Shown here: positions 28,568-42,286 of the stretch, one piece after another
Numbering within the stretch: the first letter of the stretch is position 1
Layout of the letters: each line of letters begins with the position of its first letter
Origin: Octopus sinensis
Lineage: Eukaryota
Reading direction: 5' to 3'
Length of the DNA: 64,000 nt
NCBI RefSeq assembly: GCF_006345805.1
Contig: NC_043013.1
Span: forward strand, 48,360,001-48,424,000
The notes under the pieces: model-generated
Database searches by the model: none
What the model saw: only the letters and a program-made list of their open reading frames with translations
What the model was told of the DNA's origin: nothing
Made by a program: the position numbers and the translations under genes

Positions 28568-30899
28568 TATACTGGTGCCATGGAAATGGTACCTGTGCTG
28601 GTGGCACATAAAAGCACCCATTACACTCTCAGAGTGGTTGACATTAGGAAGGGCAACCAGCAGTAGAAAACCATGCCAAATAAGACTGGACTCTAGTGCG
28701 GCCTTCGAGCCTACCCATGCCAGCATGGACAATAGACGTTAAATGATGATGATATATAAACACACACACACACACACACACCTATATTTCAGGTAGATGC
28801 AACTGAGGCAGTATTTAATACTCAACTATGCATCATACTTAATGTATACACACAGTTAATAGGCCAGTAATGAAGTAATGAAGACTGATCTCAAGATGCT
28901 AGATTTATGGAGGAGATAACAAAGGAACAAGATAGTTGGCAATTTGTGATGCTCAAGGAGAGCCATGAATTACAGCAGAAAATGCTGCAAGGAATCACAA
29001 ATGGGACTCAGTAAAAGTGTACTGAGTCCCATTTGTGATTCCTTGCAGTCTTCTTGTAGCTGGCAAAAGTGTTGAACCCCTTCAACTGAAAGAGAAGTCA
29101 GACAGGGTGCTCACTTTAAACAAGGTCCCAAGAGGTTAAAGCAAGACAGGGGGAGCAGGAACAGGTTCACTGCTGCGGCAGTGATCAATGGCTACTTTGC
29201 ATTTTACATGGGTGGATGAGAAAAGCTGGAGTGGTACCCAAAACAAAGGTTAATGTAATGGTAACAAAGTACTGGGACATACTTTCATGGTAATGTGTCC
29301 CAGAAGGTGAATAATAGAGAGTGGAAACAGAAGAGTCAGGGAGGGTGGGTAGAATTATAACACTGTGGAAGAGGAGTGAGAGATGAATATAAACATGTGG
29401 GTGGAAGTGTTCAGATGCATATAGGGAGTGAATTTAGTGAATAGTGGAGAAGGCTTAGGGTGGTAAATGACTGGCAGGATGATGAAAAGAGTGAGGATGG
29501 ATGCTAACTGGAAGTGATAGAGGAGAGGAGGTGATGACTGGCAATACAGAAATGGCAATATGGTATGCTTTGTAGTAACAGAATAATACATTAGACAGGA
29601 GAGTAATGGAGGGATGGGTGATAGAGGGGTGAATTGTAGGGTTAAAGGTTGTTAGTGGGCAAGAGTGAAAGATGGATATAAGCAAGGTTGGCAGAGGGCA
29701 ATGGTAAGAATAAGCTATGGAAGTCAATGGGTAATGGGTCAGCAGAGGGGACTAATTGAGTGCTGGGAAAGGGTGAGGAGAAGCAGCAGTTACAGATTTA
29801 GGAGAGACCCAGTTGTGTATATACACATTATACTTTCAGGGTCTCAGTCACACCGTGCCAACATTACCGGGTAGATGTTCTTGAACACTGCATATTGCCT
29901 ATCATTTTTGTCTTATATATAAATGTGTATATTTAAGTCTGTTGTGTGCATAAACACACACACACACGCACACACACACAAACATGCATGGGCATGGCTG
30001 TGTGGTTAAAAAGCTTGCTTGGCAACCACATGGTATCAAGGTTCAGTCCCACTGCATGACACATTGGGCAAGTGTATTCTACTATAATCCCCAGATCAAC
30101 CAATGCTTTGTGAGTAAATTTGATTGACAGAAATTGTGTGGAAGCTTGTCATGCATGTGTCTGTCTGTCTGTCTGTCTATCAGTGTTTTTGCCTGTTAGC
30201 AAGAAAGGAGATAAGACTCTCGTTCCGGCTGGCAAATGGCCTTGTTCATTCAATATGTAGGAAATGAGTGGGACTTAATTCCATTTGCTGCACCAAGTGT
30301 AACCTACGGATGCATAAGAGATGCTGTGGAATTGTGGGAAGGTTATCAGATAAGGTTGCTTGAGGGTCTTAAACACATCCTCTAATGCCCCCCTCTGTAG
30401 TGGTGAGACACCTGCTTCTGTCTCTCTGTCTCTTTGTCACACTCTAACTTCCATCTGCTGACACTAATTACCTGCCCCTCTCACAATTCCTTGTCTTGTG
30501 AGTTAGTCGGTGACCCTGCCAGTGCTGGTGCCACATTAAAAGCATCCAGTCCACACTGTAATGTGGTTGGCATCTGGAAAGGCATCCAGCAGTAAAAAAT
30601 CTTGCCAAAACTAACTTTGCCTGTGCTAGTGCCACATAAAAAGCACTGAGTCCACTCTGCAGGGTGGATGGTGTTAGGAAGGGCATCTAGCCATAAAACC
30701 CTTGCCAAAACAGACACAGTAGCCTTGGGTAGATTTTCTACCCAGCTGGCTCCTGTCAACCATTCTACCCATGCATGCCTGGATGATGATGATGATGATA
30801 TGGAAACAATTAACAAAAAAGGACAAATGTGGAATGCTTTTCATCGAACAGGGAGACCAAAATAATGTTAGTGGGGTATAAGCATTTCATTAAATTACA

Positions 30900-31260
30900 A
30901 CTATGTAAGTCATACTCATTCAAGAAAACACCTATGCAACACAAACCACAAAAATAAACTGCAAAACTAGAGACATTGTGTACCACATGAGAAACATTGA
31001 GAAGCAATGTAGGGGACATCACCATAATGTACAAAGGAGAAACTTCCCTCAGCTCATATGAAAGGAATGCAGAACATATTAAATGAAACCAGCATCTGTG
31101 TGCTACCAATATGCTGTACAGGAACACGATGGTTTAATAAAAAGAAAAATGATTGAGTAAAAAGTTTTTTTCAATCATCCAAAAGACCCAACCTTACGAC
31201 AGATTACAGAAACTGTACAAATACAGGAGGCAGCTCAGACCCACATACTTAATGCGGAAA
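30900..31260 (+). pseudogene. Penelope-like GIY-YIG endonuclease remnant
   Basis: Frameshifted peptides CKTRDIVY (30960), YKGETSLSSYERNAEHIK (31030) and DPTLRQITE (31185). Confidence 0.6.
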
Positions 31261-31974
31261 ATGAGTTGTGTAACAATCCACCCCTCTAATTACAGAATAA
31301 GTCCAAAAACAACTGAAGTGAAAAACACAAATACAAGTGTGTTCTGAAGTTAGTTACAATAAAAGGAAGCAAAGTGAATATTCACGGATGTCATTAACTC
31401 ACACTCGTAAAAAAATTAAATATAATAGTGAAATCAGTTAAAAACTAAAAACCGAGCATTTAACAATATACACCTATATACAGGTAAATGTCATCATAAT
31501 CATCATCATTCAGCATCCATTTTCCATGCTGGCATGGGTAAGAGAGTTTGACTGAAAACTGGTACGCCAGAGAGCTGCACCAGGTGCCAGTCTGTTTCGG
31601 CTTGGCTTCTATGGCTGAATGCCCTTCCTAATGCCAACCACTCCGCAGAGTGTAGTGGGTGTCTTTTACATGTCATCAGCACGGGTGCTTTTTACATGTC
31701 ACTGACATGGGTACCTTTTACACATCATTGATACAGGTGCCTCTTATGTGTCACCGGCACGGGAGCCTCTTACACGTCACTGGTATGTAGCGAAAAATAT
31801 TTTGGTGGACACAGCAATTGCTTTGGAGAAAGAAAAGGAAGTGAAATACAAACAAACAAAAACTGGGATGTTTATAGACTTCATTAGACTCTGCCCAAAG
31901 ACAATACCTTTTAGTTTGCCTTTCGAAATGCTGAGTTTGTTTATCTATACTATGACTGATGAATTTAATAATTA

Positions 31975-32249
31975 TATCATCATCATCATCGTTTAGAGTC
32001 TGCTTTCCATGCTAGCATGGGTTGGACGGTTCAACTGGGGTCTGGGAAGCCAGAAGGCTGCACCAGGCCCAGTTTGATCTGACAGTGTTTCTACGGCTGG
32101 ATGCCCTTCCTAACGCCAACCACTCCGTGAGTGTAGTGGGTGCTTTTTACGTGCCACCGGCACAGGTGCCAGACGAGGCTGGCAAACGGCCACGATCGGA
32201 TGGTGCTTTTTACGTGCCACCAGCACGGAGGCCAGGCGAGGCTGGCAAC
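31975..32249 (-). mobile_element. RTE LINE 3'-end fragment
   Basis: Same family as 15479-15790. Confidence 0.85.
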
Positions 32250-34452
32250 AAATAAATATTTGAGAACCTTAATCAACAACTGATTTGTTCATTTTTTAAC
32301 ACTGTCTCTCTGGTTTAAGCAGATTTTCAATATATATTTATATAATATAGATTTTAAAATATACATTAGTTATTTAATCAGTATTTACTTAACATTTTCT
32401 TATAATTCAAAAAACAATTCATTTACCTGGCGGATAATTGTTATTTATGACATCTGTAATAAACCATTTGTTTATTTTATAGGTTCTGAAATACCTAAGT
32501 AGTATTTCAAGTTCATATAATTATATTCAATGTATCTGCAGCCTTAGGCTCTTATGCTTCATGGGGGATAATTTCGAAATTTAATAAACAAATGCTCTCC
32601 CTTTAATCAATAATGCACTTCATATACACAAACATTAATTTGATGTAATCTTAACTGTCCAAATTCCTGTTTGCATGGATGAGCCTATCCAACATAACGT
32701 CTCGCTGCCTCGTGTCATGGTCCTTTATAATCTTCAACTTTCATTACTTAACTATCATGACAGAACCAAAACTGCCTTTTCTCTTGCTGGCTTCATCCAT
32801 TTACTCTTATATCTAAAATTGTTTTCTCAGCAAATTTGTGCACTCTGTTCATGTGTGTACATTAATAATACATAACCAACAGAGCAATGCAAATCCCATT
32901 TTTCTCCCGCCTTCATATATATCCCCTGAATTCAATTTCCCTGTTTCACAAACATTTGGTATTTAAACATCGTCTTTCACTGAGAAAAAGAATCATATGG
33001 TTGCCAGCAGAGATAAACGCTCCCCAAACTTTATCTATCCCACTCTGGTTGCCATGCTTTCAGATTTCCATTTTCACTGCTGATTAAGTTCCCACGGTAA
33101 CAGAAATTATCAATACTTTTAGAAAATTTTGACAAACATTTAAAGGAATTCATTCCATGAGTGCTCTTAATGCTACCTATTACTGTGTGTAACAAAGTTT
33201 TCCTTCTTTGTCAGCCTGCATAACACCCCATTGCACCTTTTATAGTTTACACTGCGTACACTTATGGAATTTTTACCATTTCTTTTTTCTCCAATATTGA
33301 GTATGGCTACTTCCCAAATGGCAGATGAGTTTTGTCTTCTTTCTTACAAATAAAAATCATTTTCCTCTATTAGGTTTAAGCTCTCTTTAGGCTTTGCTTT
33401 CACATTTGGAATGTCTTGTTTAATACAACAAATTCAGGTTTGAAGACTACATAATTGGCATACAGAAGTTGCCATAAATAACCAGGTATAAACTCTTCTG
33501 TTTGATAAAACTTAAAAGAAGAAAAATTTGCATGAACTATATTTGAGACAGTATATCAGAAATTAATGTACTCAAGAAGACCCACCCACAACAGAATTGA
33601 GATCCTAAAACCAAGGTACCATGTTAAAAATATAAGAAGTATTGGCGTGGATGCTGGTGCCAATTAAAAAGCACTGATGATGGTGCCACGTAAAAAGCAC
33701 ACAGTACACTCTGTAGAATGGTTGGCATTAGGAGGGGCATCCAGCCATAGTACAGCACCTGGCCCTGCTAGTTTGTCAAGCCATCTAACCCATGCCAGCA
33801 TGGAAAACGTACATTAAATATTGATGATAATGATGATGAGGAGGAGGATTTTAAATAATTAAAAAAATATTTTCAGGTCATTTTTCAGAGATACTGTTTG
33901 TTTTTTTTATGTAAAACACTAAATAGAGAATATTATAAAATGTTAGCCAACACTGAAACACTTGTAAATGTCATTTTGAGTGTTTAAGTAATTGTGCTGC
34001 ATATATTTCTGAATAACTTACTAATTATTTTATTTTGTTATTTTACAAGGCAATTAACACTCTTGGCCAGATGTCTGAGATAAAAGCAATACAGTTAGAC
34101 ATTCATTAAAGTAATTTTTTAAAATATTTTTTATATAAAGCTAACTGACCAAAACATCATGGTTTTCCTTGTTCTCTATAAGTGTTTTCTTTTGGTAACT
34201 CTCTTGAGAAATTTTTTCAAATGATTCTTAATGAAATGTTTTTACATTTCAATTTCCTAACTGTACTCATACAATTAAAACGGGTTGCTTATTGGTGTAA
34301 CTCAAAGAGAATGCAATAATTCAATAAAAGATATAGTCTATTACAGAACCATTTAATTTCTTTGTAGCCAAATAAAGGAATTCTTTTTTCCCCTGCATTT
34401 TTATCATGTCTTCAGTAACAAGAAGCAGTCAAGCATAACAAACAACACTTAC

Positions 34453-34676
34453 CTTTGCTACAATGTATTCAGCATCCTCATAGGTATCCAGTAGTAACTT
34501 TTGAGCAATGTCTTTCAATGATATTCTGGAGTAAGATACGTTAATCATACGTACACCAGTTTTAATAACATTGTGCCGCAGTCTGATAATCAGTGTATAT
34601 GTGTTTTCAGCTTGAAATTTAGTACCAAATTTCTCCAATACTTCGTTAAACATTTCTAAACTACCTTTCTTTACAG
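34453..34676 (-). CDS. PSMD3: PSMD3 internal exon F, PCI domain (224 nt, phase 1-0)
   Basis: (A)[74 protein letters not shown]; cag acceptor and gtaag donor. Confidence 0.96.
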
Positions 34677-35859
34677 CTGAAAAAGACAATAAAAAGTGAA
34701 AAAAAAAATTATTAACAGTCAATAAACAATCAAATTTAACCAATTATACATCATCATAACTTTGCAACCACCTTCCATGCTGGTATGCATTGGAGAAGTG
34801 GTCAGCGTGGATCAGTTCTTATTCAAAGCAAACTGCACATGCAGAAAGGTTAGAGGACTACATCTCACTGATACATACAATTACTGGCATGGTTTCTCTT
34901 GGTTGGACACTCTTCCTAACATCAACCACATTGCAGAATGAACTAAGTGAATTTTATTGTGGCACCAGCCCTAGAGAGACTGTCATGTCCTCAGCAGAAC
35001 TAAAGAGTTTCTTCTCGACCCTGTGTTGTCCCCACTCATATGCCAATCATTTTACACAGTATATTGGGTTCATTTTATCATGTGGGTTGCCTAGTGCCCT
35101 GTCAGACTAAACAGATTTTGCTATACTACTCATTCAAGACAATGTGATAAAGGGAAAAAAGAATGAACCAAGGTGAATGGGAGAAGGGGGTAAGAGTATG
35201 ATAGGGAAAAAAGATGACTGACATGAATGGGTAGTAAAAGTAAGTGTAATAAAGGTGACAGAATGGTGGATGGAATAATGGAAGAGTGGGACAGTAATAG
35301 CAGAGAGAGAGAGACAGTGACATTGTTGGTTGGTGGATGGGAAGAAATTACTGGAGAGTAACAGAGATGGGTGACAATGAGGAGTGAACAATGGATGTTG
35401 ACAGCAAGTGGCCTGGGAGAAGAGTGAGCAGGTTATGGTTGATAGCAGAGAAGGGAGTGATAGTTCGTTGTGTTGGATGTAAGCAGATTCAAAACAATCT
35501 CACACACATCTGCCAGATCTAACTGGAAGATCTGACTGGGCTTCCTAGACCCCAGTTGAACCATCCAATCCATGCTAGTATGGAAAGCAGACGTTAAACG
35601 ATGATGATGATAAATATCAAGTTGGGAAAAGGAGGTAGCAGAGTAACAATAGTTATTTGGCAGAATATGGACGACAGGTGGCCATAAATAAGATCTACCA
35701 CCAACCTTAGTTATATGAAGGGTTTGGTAGAGTGAATAAGGAAGAGGATAAGTGGAGAAAGGAGCAGGTGATAGAAATGCCAGTGATAGAAAGATGAGAA
35801 AGCATCAGGGAAAAGAGAAGAGTAACAAGAGATGAGGACTCAATAAGGACATACTGGTT

Positions 35860-38200
35860 GGCAAGAGACACAAATACAAACATCGTACTTTTGAACCTCA
35901 ATCAACACCATCCATCTAATGTTCATTTCTCCATGCATCCTCATGTAACTCAGTTTTCTCCAGCATCGACAGTCACCACACTCCACTGTCTTCTCCCTCA
36001 TGAAGGACAGCCTCCCGAAATCAGTTTTTACTTCATCCCATGTTTTCTTGTGTGTCTCTCTTTCTCTCTTCTGCAAATTCCATCTATTTTGAATGTCCTG
36101 CACTTCTTGATACAGCCTTCATTTGTCCATACCAAAGCAGTTTTCTCTCTTGCAAACTATGTCTGATTTATCTTGCATCCAGTTTTTCTCCCAGCCTCTT
36201 TACCGTTCATGCAGCCTAATATCAAATATTCAAGCACAGTATGTTCGCTTCCTTTGCATTCAAGGCCCACATCTCACAACCATTCAGCAGTACCATACAA
36301 TCTACTGTTTACTCCAAAGAAGGATGTGCCTATTATACTAGCAGAGGTAATAGTTCTCTAAACTTTTTCTACACCCTTCTTACAATGGCTTATGTTTTCA
36401 GAACATTCATTTTAATTTACCATCAAGCAACAAAAGCTATCAACGACGCCTAGTGTGCCTTCCAAACACTGGAAAGAATCTATTTCATGTGAGCTCTAAT
36501 TCCTAAAGCTCCTATGCATTAGCTACATGCAGCAACTATCTTCTCAGTTAGCTTACCTGTCATCCCACAACATCTATAAGATTGCTATATAGAATTTCTG
36601 CCTATTCCTTTACTACGTATCAAGCCTAAACTTTCCTCCAATTGTATCATAGTTCTGTCTTCTATGGCAGAAACGTTAGCACGCCGGGCAAAATGCTTAG
36701 CAGTATTTCGTCTGCCGCTACGTTCTGAGTTCAAATTCCGCCAAGGTCGACTTTGCCTTTCATCCTTTCGGGGTTGATTAAATAAGTACCAGTTATGCAC
36801 TAGGGATCGATGTAATCGACTTAATCCGTTTGTCTGTCCTTGTTTGTCTTCTCGGTGTTTAGGCCCTTGTGGGTAGTAAAGAAATAGATATCATAGTTCT
36901 GTCTTCTGTCAGTCTATGTAAAACTTCAAAGGAAAGCTAACTTTTCTTTGAGACCAAATCTAGAATTTCTTCTCTAACTCAACTACAGATTCAGGTAATA
37001 AGAACTAGGTTATTAGCATATAGGAATTTTGAAAGAAAGACAGCTAAAAATTCTGTTATTGCCTATAGGGGTACAACAAAAACAGATGGCTGAGGACTGA
37101 ACCTTGGTGCACACCCATTATTGGCACACTAAATACATCACTGCTTATTTTCACCTTGTTAACTGCATCTCTGTACATGGTTTGTATGGCCCTCACAGAC
37201 CAATCATCTGCTCCATGGATCCCATAGCAGCTGCAACATTACCAAGCATAGAACACTGCCAAAGACCTCTTTTAGGCTGAAGAATACTACACAAAGCAGA
37301 TTACTCCTAGCTAAGTACTTCTGCAGTTATCTAAACAGAAAAACATGGCACCAATAGTAACTCTTCCTAGCATAAAACTGAACTGCTTCTCATCAAGGTT
37401 AATTCTTTCTATTCAGCTGTGCTCTAACACTTTAGTAACTTTCATAACCTGGTCCATCAGTTTGATGCCTCGCCAGTTTTTTCCCCCTCGTGCATCTCTA
37501 GTATAGCAGTGTTTGATGATATTGCTGCAACAATCAGTGAGTATAAAACCTTCCTGTATCACCTGATTACAACAAGTGAATGGCCTACTTTGGTAGATAT
37601 TCAGCATTGTAGTGACTATACCTGATGGACCCTACATTTCCTGACTTCATATTCTTAATCACTCATATTCTTACTTTACAATGCTACTATCAACATGACT
37701 TGGGTGATTGATCTTTCTGTCAGTCTACTTAGACTAGACAATTTCTCACCGATGCACTGCCCTCATTCAATAATCTTTCATAATGGCACTTCTCTGCAGT
37801 TTTCTTTCCAGTATCGGTAAGAGTGCAGGTACTGCTTTATCCTGAATACACTTCTCTCCCATGACATCCTGGCATTCTCAAGAACATTATCCTTTAACAT
37901 CCATCGCCCATGCCGGTATAGAGTGGAGTACCTTGCAATCCAGAAACACCTCATGCCTCTCTCATCCTGACATCACAGAACATGTGTTAGTTTCTTGTAT
38001 TCTGTGTCTCCCTTAGCTAAGTATATCTGATGCCCATTTTCTCTTCTAACTACTTTCTATTGCTCCCTGTTGCCTGCTTTCTTTCAATCTTTCCTGATTT
38101 GTCTCTTAGGTTTTTATGGATGTTTCTACGGTACTCCAAGCTTAACAGTAAAAAGCTCAAAGCATTTTTATCACAAGATCTTTTCTCTCTTCCAAACCTG
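35860..38200 (-). pseudogene. Decayed RTE LINE reverse-transcriptase region
   Basis: NWRGIKLMDQVMKV and KKTWDEVKTD peptides; interrupted by a SINE. Confidence 0.7.
36664..36888 (+). mobile_element. SINE family 2
   Basis: 19-bp TSD TATCATAGTTCTGTCTTCT (36645-63 and 36889-907). Confidence 0.9.
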
Positions 38201-38342
38201 AGTGACATGGTAAAATGTCTAAAAAAAAATATAGAAATAGAAATTTCAGGCAACCATCTTCAAGATCAGTTGCTCTCAACTAAATTCACTAGAAGGTACT
38301 TGACTGGTAGTAAAAGCTTAATGATATCAACGTAAAGCAATA

Positions 38343-38611
38343 ATCATCATCATCTTCGTTTAACGTCCGTTCTCCATGCTAGTATGGGTTGGACGGTTCG
38401 ACCGGGATCTGGGAAGCCAGAAGGCTGCACCAGGCTCCAGTCTGATCTGGCAGTGTTTCTACAGCTGGATGCCCTTCCTAACGCCAACCACTCCGTGAGT
38501 GTAGTGGGTGCTTTTTACGTGCCACTGGCACGGAAGCCAGTCAAGGTGGCGATGGCATCGGCCACGTTCAGATGGTGCTTTTTACGTGCCATCAGCACGG
38601 AAGCCAGTCAA
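38343..38611 (-). mobile_element. RTE LINE 3'-end fragment
   Basis: Family match within the window. Confidence 0.85.
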
Positions 38612-39700
38612 ATTGATGAAATACTTTTAGACAGCAGATTTCAACTTGGTACATATTCTTACACAATCCAGTCAATAATTTATTCAAATACAAACCTAAT
38701 GAGTTCAGTGAACCAACCATCAGCACTTGGTTCTCAACCCCTTTCTATTTATTATAGTTCTCCAGGTCATTGAAAGATTTTAATACAGACTAACCATGGA
38801 AACTCTTGTATGCCAAAAATTTAGAAAAGTAATTCCAAACATGGAAGCAAAGCTTAAAATCCAGAGGCCTACGGCAAAAAAGAAGACAGGACTCTTCTAC
38901 TATTTGGGATGTGACCAAACTTAATATGAAGAAAAGGATTAGGTAAAAATTCCATCCAACATATTCAGTTAAGATGCACAAGTACAATGAGATCACAGGC
39001 AGGCTGACTGGGAATGAAAACTTTGTATGTGGAAGCAGTATGGGAGCAAGGCTCTCTAGAAGCAGCCAACAGTTTTAGTTACCGAGAAAATGTAATTAGC
39101 AGTGAAGCATAGTGGAAAGAACAAAAACGGGATGGAGAAATGCTTGAGGAGTTTTTATCTCTGCTGACAATAAAGTGTTTAAGGCTTGTGCACAAAGTGT
39201 GATGTTGCGATGTAAGAACACAAAGGTACTGAATGCAGGGATATGTGTAAACTGCAAAGAAACAAGGCAATGTATGTGTAATGTGTGGACAAACAACAGA
39301 GCACAAATGAGAGGAGAGATACACTGAGTATAAGAGGAATCAGGTGTAGCATGTAAGAGATGCAACTGAGCTGATACAAAGCTGTGGTGTGTATGGAGGA
39401 TAAGAGATGGGTAAAGAAGTGCCAATTATCCAATTATCCTAGGGAACAACTGAGCAAGAAGATGTGAGGGCTAACCTCAGGGTTGTGAACCTTGCAAAGG
39501 AGATGATGAGGGAGTACAGCAAGTGGTGAAACACTGTGCTGAGGGAGATCCTTCCAACCAATGCAAGCACAGAAAAACAGATGTAAAAATGATGAAGATA
39601 ATGAGGACAGCATGTAGCATTGGTAAAGAACAGTTTCAAATAATGGATGTTGCAAGTGGCAATAGCTTCAATACAACCAAGCCATGTTTTTATGCGATTA

Positions 39701-40493
39701 CTAGCAGCATAGCCCGGCGTTGCGCGGGTATGTAAGAAACTTTGTCGATAAACAATGCCCTTTACCTTTTTACCCTTTTTTGTACTCATTGAACCGTTAT
39801 TTTGTAAAATGAAGCCTAAAAGGCATTAAGGCATTCCAGGCACCGTTCCCTTGCATGCATGAAGAAGTAGGGAAAATCTATGCGAACTTTAAAAAAATAT
39901 CGCAGAAAAATCGGTTTGCTATGAGTGCCACATATGATGTAATTAACCGATTTTTTCCAGTAATAACGTATCCTATTGGAATCAAAAGGGCCATATAGCT
40001 CATTGGAGCAGACATGATGCTTGCTGTGAATTAAAAAAGAATTCCTGCCAATTTGTTAAAGATATTGTCAAAAATATGTCATCTTGAATTTGAACGCGAT
40101 TTCCCAAAATGGCATGATTTTATCGATTTTTTCTGATGGTAAGGTATTGCATGGAAAACTAACGTCAGAATTAAGTTCCTTAGGGTAACATTAAGCTTCA
40201 CCATGAGTTTGGTGAAAATCAATTGCATGTTGCGAAAACTGCAACAGAAAATGTGTTGCATATGATAAGCTTAGATTCTCGACCCCATGTCGAATTTATC
40301 GAATGTTTTCAGAACTGGGAGAACTTTTCAAAATTTTCGCTACATTAGTTTTGAATTATGACATTGGGCTATGTGTGTGTCAAGTTTCATCAGAATCAGT
40401 TGAAAGCCGTAGTCAGGGTGAGGGTACAACCTGACAGACACACAGACAGACAACTTGCCTTTTATATATATAGAGAAGAGATAGAGATAGAGA
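39701..40493 (-). mobile_element. Non-autonomous Helitron
   Basis: CTAG plus CCCGGCGTTGCGCGGG hairpin at the left end; TC/TATATA start and (GACA)n at the right end. Confidence 0.75.
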
Positions 40494-40925
40494 TTTACAT
40501 AATTCCCAAGCTTAATGAATTACTCTCAACATTTATAAGAGTCCAATTGTTTGTATCACTACTATTCCTTTGACGCAACGCATCAAACATCAATGCTAAA
40601 TGTTTACAAAATAGGATCCACTCCTCAAATCTGTGTTGTTATCGCAATGAAACAATGCACTGGAAGGAAATAGAATATACAATAAAACGATATAAAATGA
40701 ACAACAAGCTTTCATTCAAACAAGTTCTAAAGCTAATATGAACACACCTCATGAGTTGACTCAATGCTGAGACAAATATTCGCACATTCGCACGGATTGT
40801 GAATAGAGTTACAGTAGACGTGATTCCACCCTTACAGTTCCTCTTCAAAATACATGTCTACCTTTTGTAAGTTTACCAAATGACACACTAACATTTCTTA
40901 CATTTAAATTATACTTATTTTCAGA

Positions 40926-41284
40926 CTAGCACTATGACCCGGCAACGCCAGGTCATAGTGCTAGTGCATGCATATACAGCTGCATGCGTGCGCACATACA
41001 CGTGAGTACTGTCCAAATCTCCGACCAATCACATACAGCTAGCTGGTATTCAATTGGCATATCGAGTTTTAGGCATTTTGATTGGGTTTTGGATAGAAAA
41101 TTCACAAGTCTCTTATATTGATTTTTTAATGGCCTTGCGGGGTGACTGGGGAAATGTAAAGATGTGCACGACCACCCTCGGACGGATTTGAACAACCATA
41201 GAAAGTGCGAGCCCTCTAAACTGGAAAATTGTGGATTTGTATAAAGGACACACACGCAGACATTTTGCCGTTTATATATAGAGA
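40926..41284 (-). mobile_element. Non-autonomous Helitron with extended terminal palindrome
   Basis: A|TC...CTAG|T on the minus strand; 41-bp hairpin at 40925-40965. Confidence 0.75.
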
Positions 41285-41913
41285 TGACATGTAAACACTG
41301 TATAGCAGTTAGGATATGGAGCATGTTTGATAAAAAGGATTCTGAAAGCTGAAGAATGCTACCAATTTCTGCTTCTGCCAAGTCACAATACGCATCCTAC
41401 CCTTCAGATCATTATTGTTCTATCTCTTCGTCTTATTTTTTCTATACCTTCACTGCTTTTCTCTCACTTTATATCAATGTCTGTTCATAGATTATATCTT
41501 CAATATTTAAGAGGTTTGTCCAAAATATGAGATATTCTCTACACAAAGCACTAATCCAATTTTTTTTTTAATTTTTACTGAGTTGAGAGCAAAGAAGTCA
41601 GGAGTTTAGATCTTAGAACAACACAAGGGAAATGACTGTGCAACTAATGGTAGCATGAAATAAACTTGAGCTAAAACAATAAGTGATTTGGATAATAATA
41701 TGTGAAAAATAAATGCTCAGTGAACCTCTTTGAAAAGAGAATAGGGCTTTGTAGTTAATTTTGATGATGGTTGAGAAATTAAATGGGATTCAGGCAGAAA
41801 CCCAGCCATCAACATTATATTGTAACCATAAAAAAAAATCTCTTGGTTCTGGAAAAGCAAATCAAGTTCTGGCTTATAAAGCTAAACATCACACATTAGC
41901 AACGAGAAATGGT

Positions 41914-42088
41914 TATCATCATCATCAGCAGCATCGTTTAACGTCCGCCTTCGATGCTAGCATGGGTTGGACGATTTTGACTGAGGGCTGGCAAACCAGA
42001 CGGCCGCACCAGGCTCCAATCTTGACCTGGTAGAGTTTCTACAGCTGGATGCCCTTCCTAACGCCAACCACTCCGAGAGAGTGTAGTG
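41914..42088 (-). mobile_element. RTE LINE 3'-end fragment
   Basis: Family match within the window. Confidence 0.8.
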
Positions 42089-42171
42089 AATTTTAAAAAA
42101 TGAAACATTCATTGTTATTTTCATTAGAGAAATACAACAAAACGATGTAAATAGCAAATGTTTTTATATAC

Positions 42172-42286
42172 CTTGTGTTAATTGAAAATACGGGGCCAAA
42201 GTTTTCCTGTAACAAGGCTGACGGAAGACAGATCTATCAGGAATATTACCAAGCAACAACTCAACGGTTATTGCAAGCTTGTGTAC
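42172..42286 (-). CDS. PSMD3: PSMD3 internal exon E (115 nt, phase 0-1)
   Basis: [38 protein letters not shown]; tag acceptor and gtatat donor; 100-nt intron to exon D. Confidence 0.95.

Noticed and set aside
32427-32453. Possible 27-nt minus-strand microexon (tacag...gtaaat)
   Set aside because: Weak pyrimidine tract, an immediate stop in the PSMD3 phase (ATG TCA TAA) and no Rpn3 similarity; unsupported without RNA data.
34666-34674. AVK versus AVR as an A-to-I recoding candidate (AAG to AGG)
   Set aside because: Cannot be judged from DNA; Lys is a conservative substitution.
38700-38775. C/D-box snoRNA-like motif on the minus strand (two CTGA boxes)
   Set aside because: No canonical RTGATGA C box or terminal stem; GGTTGAGAACC resembles a hAT MITE end.
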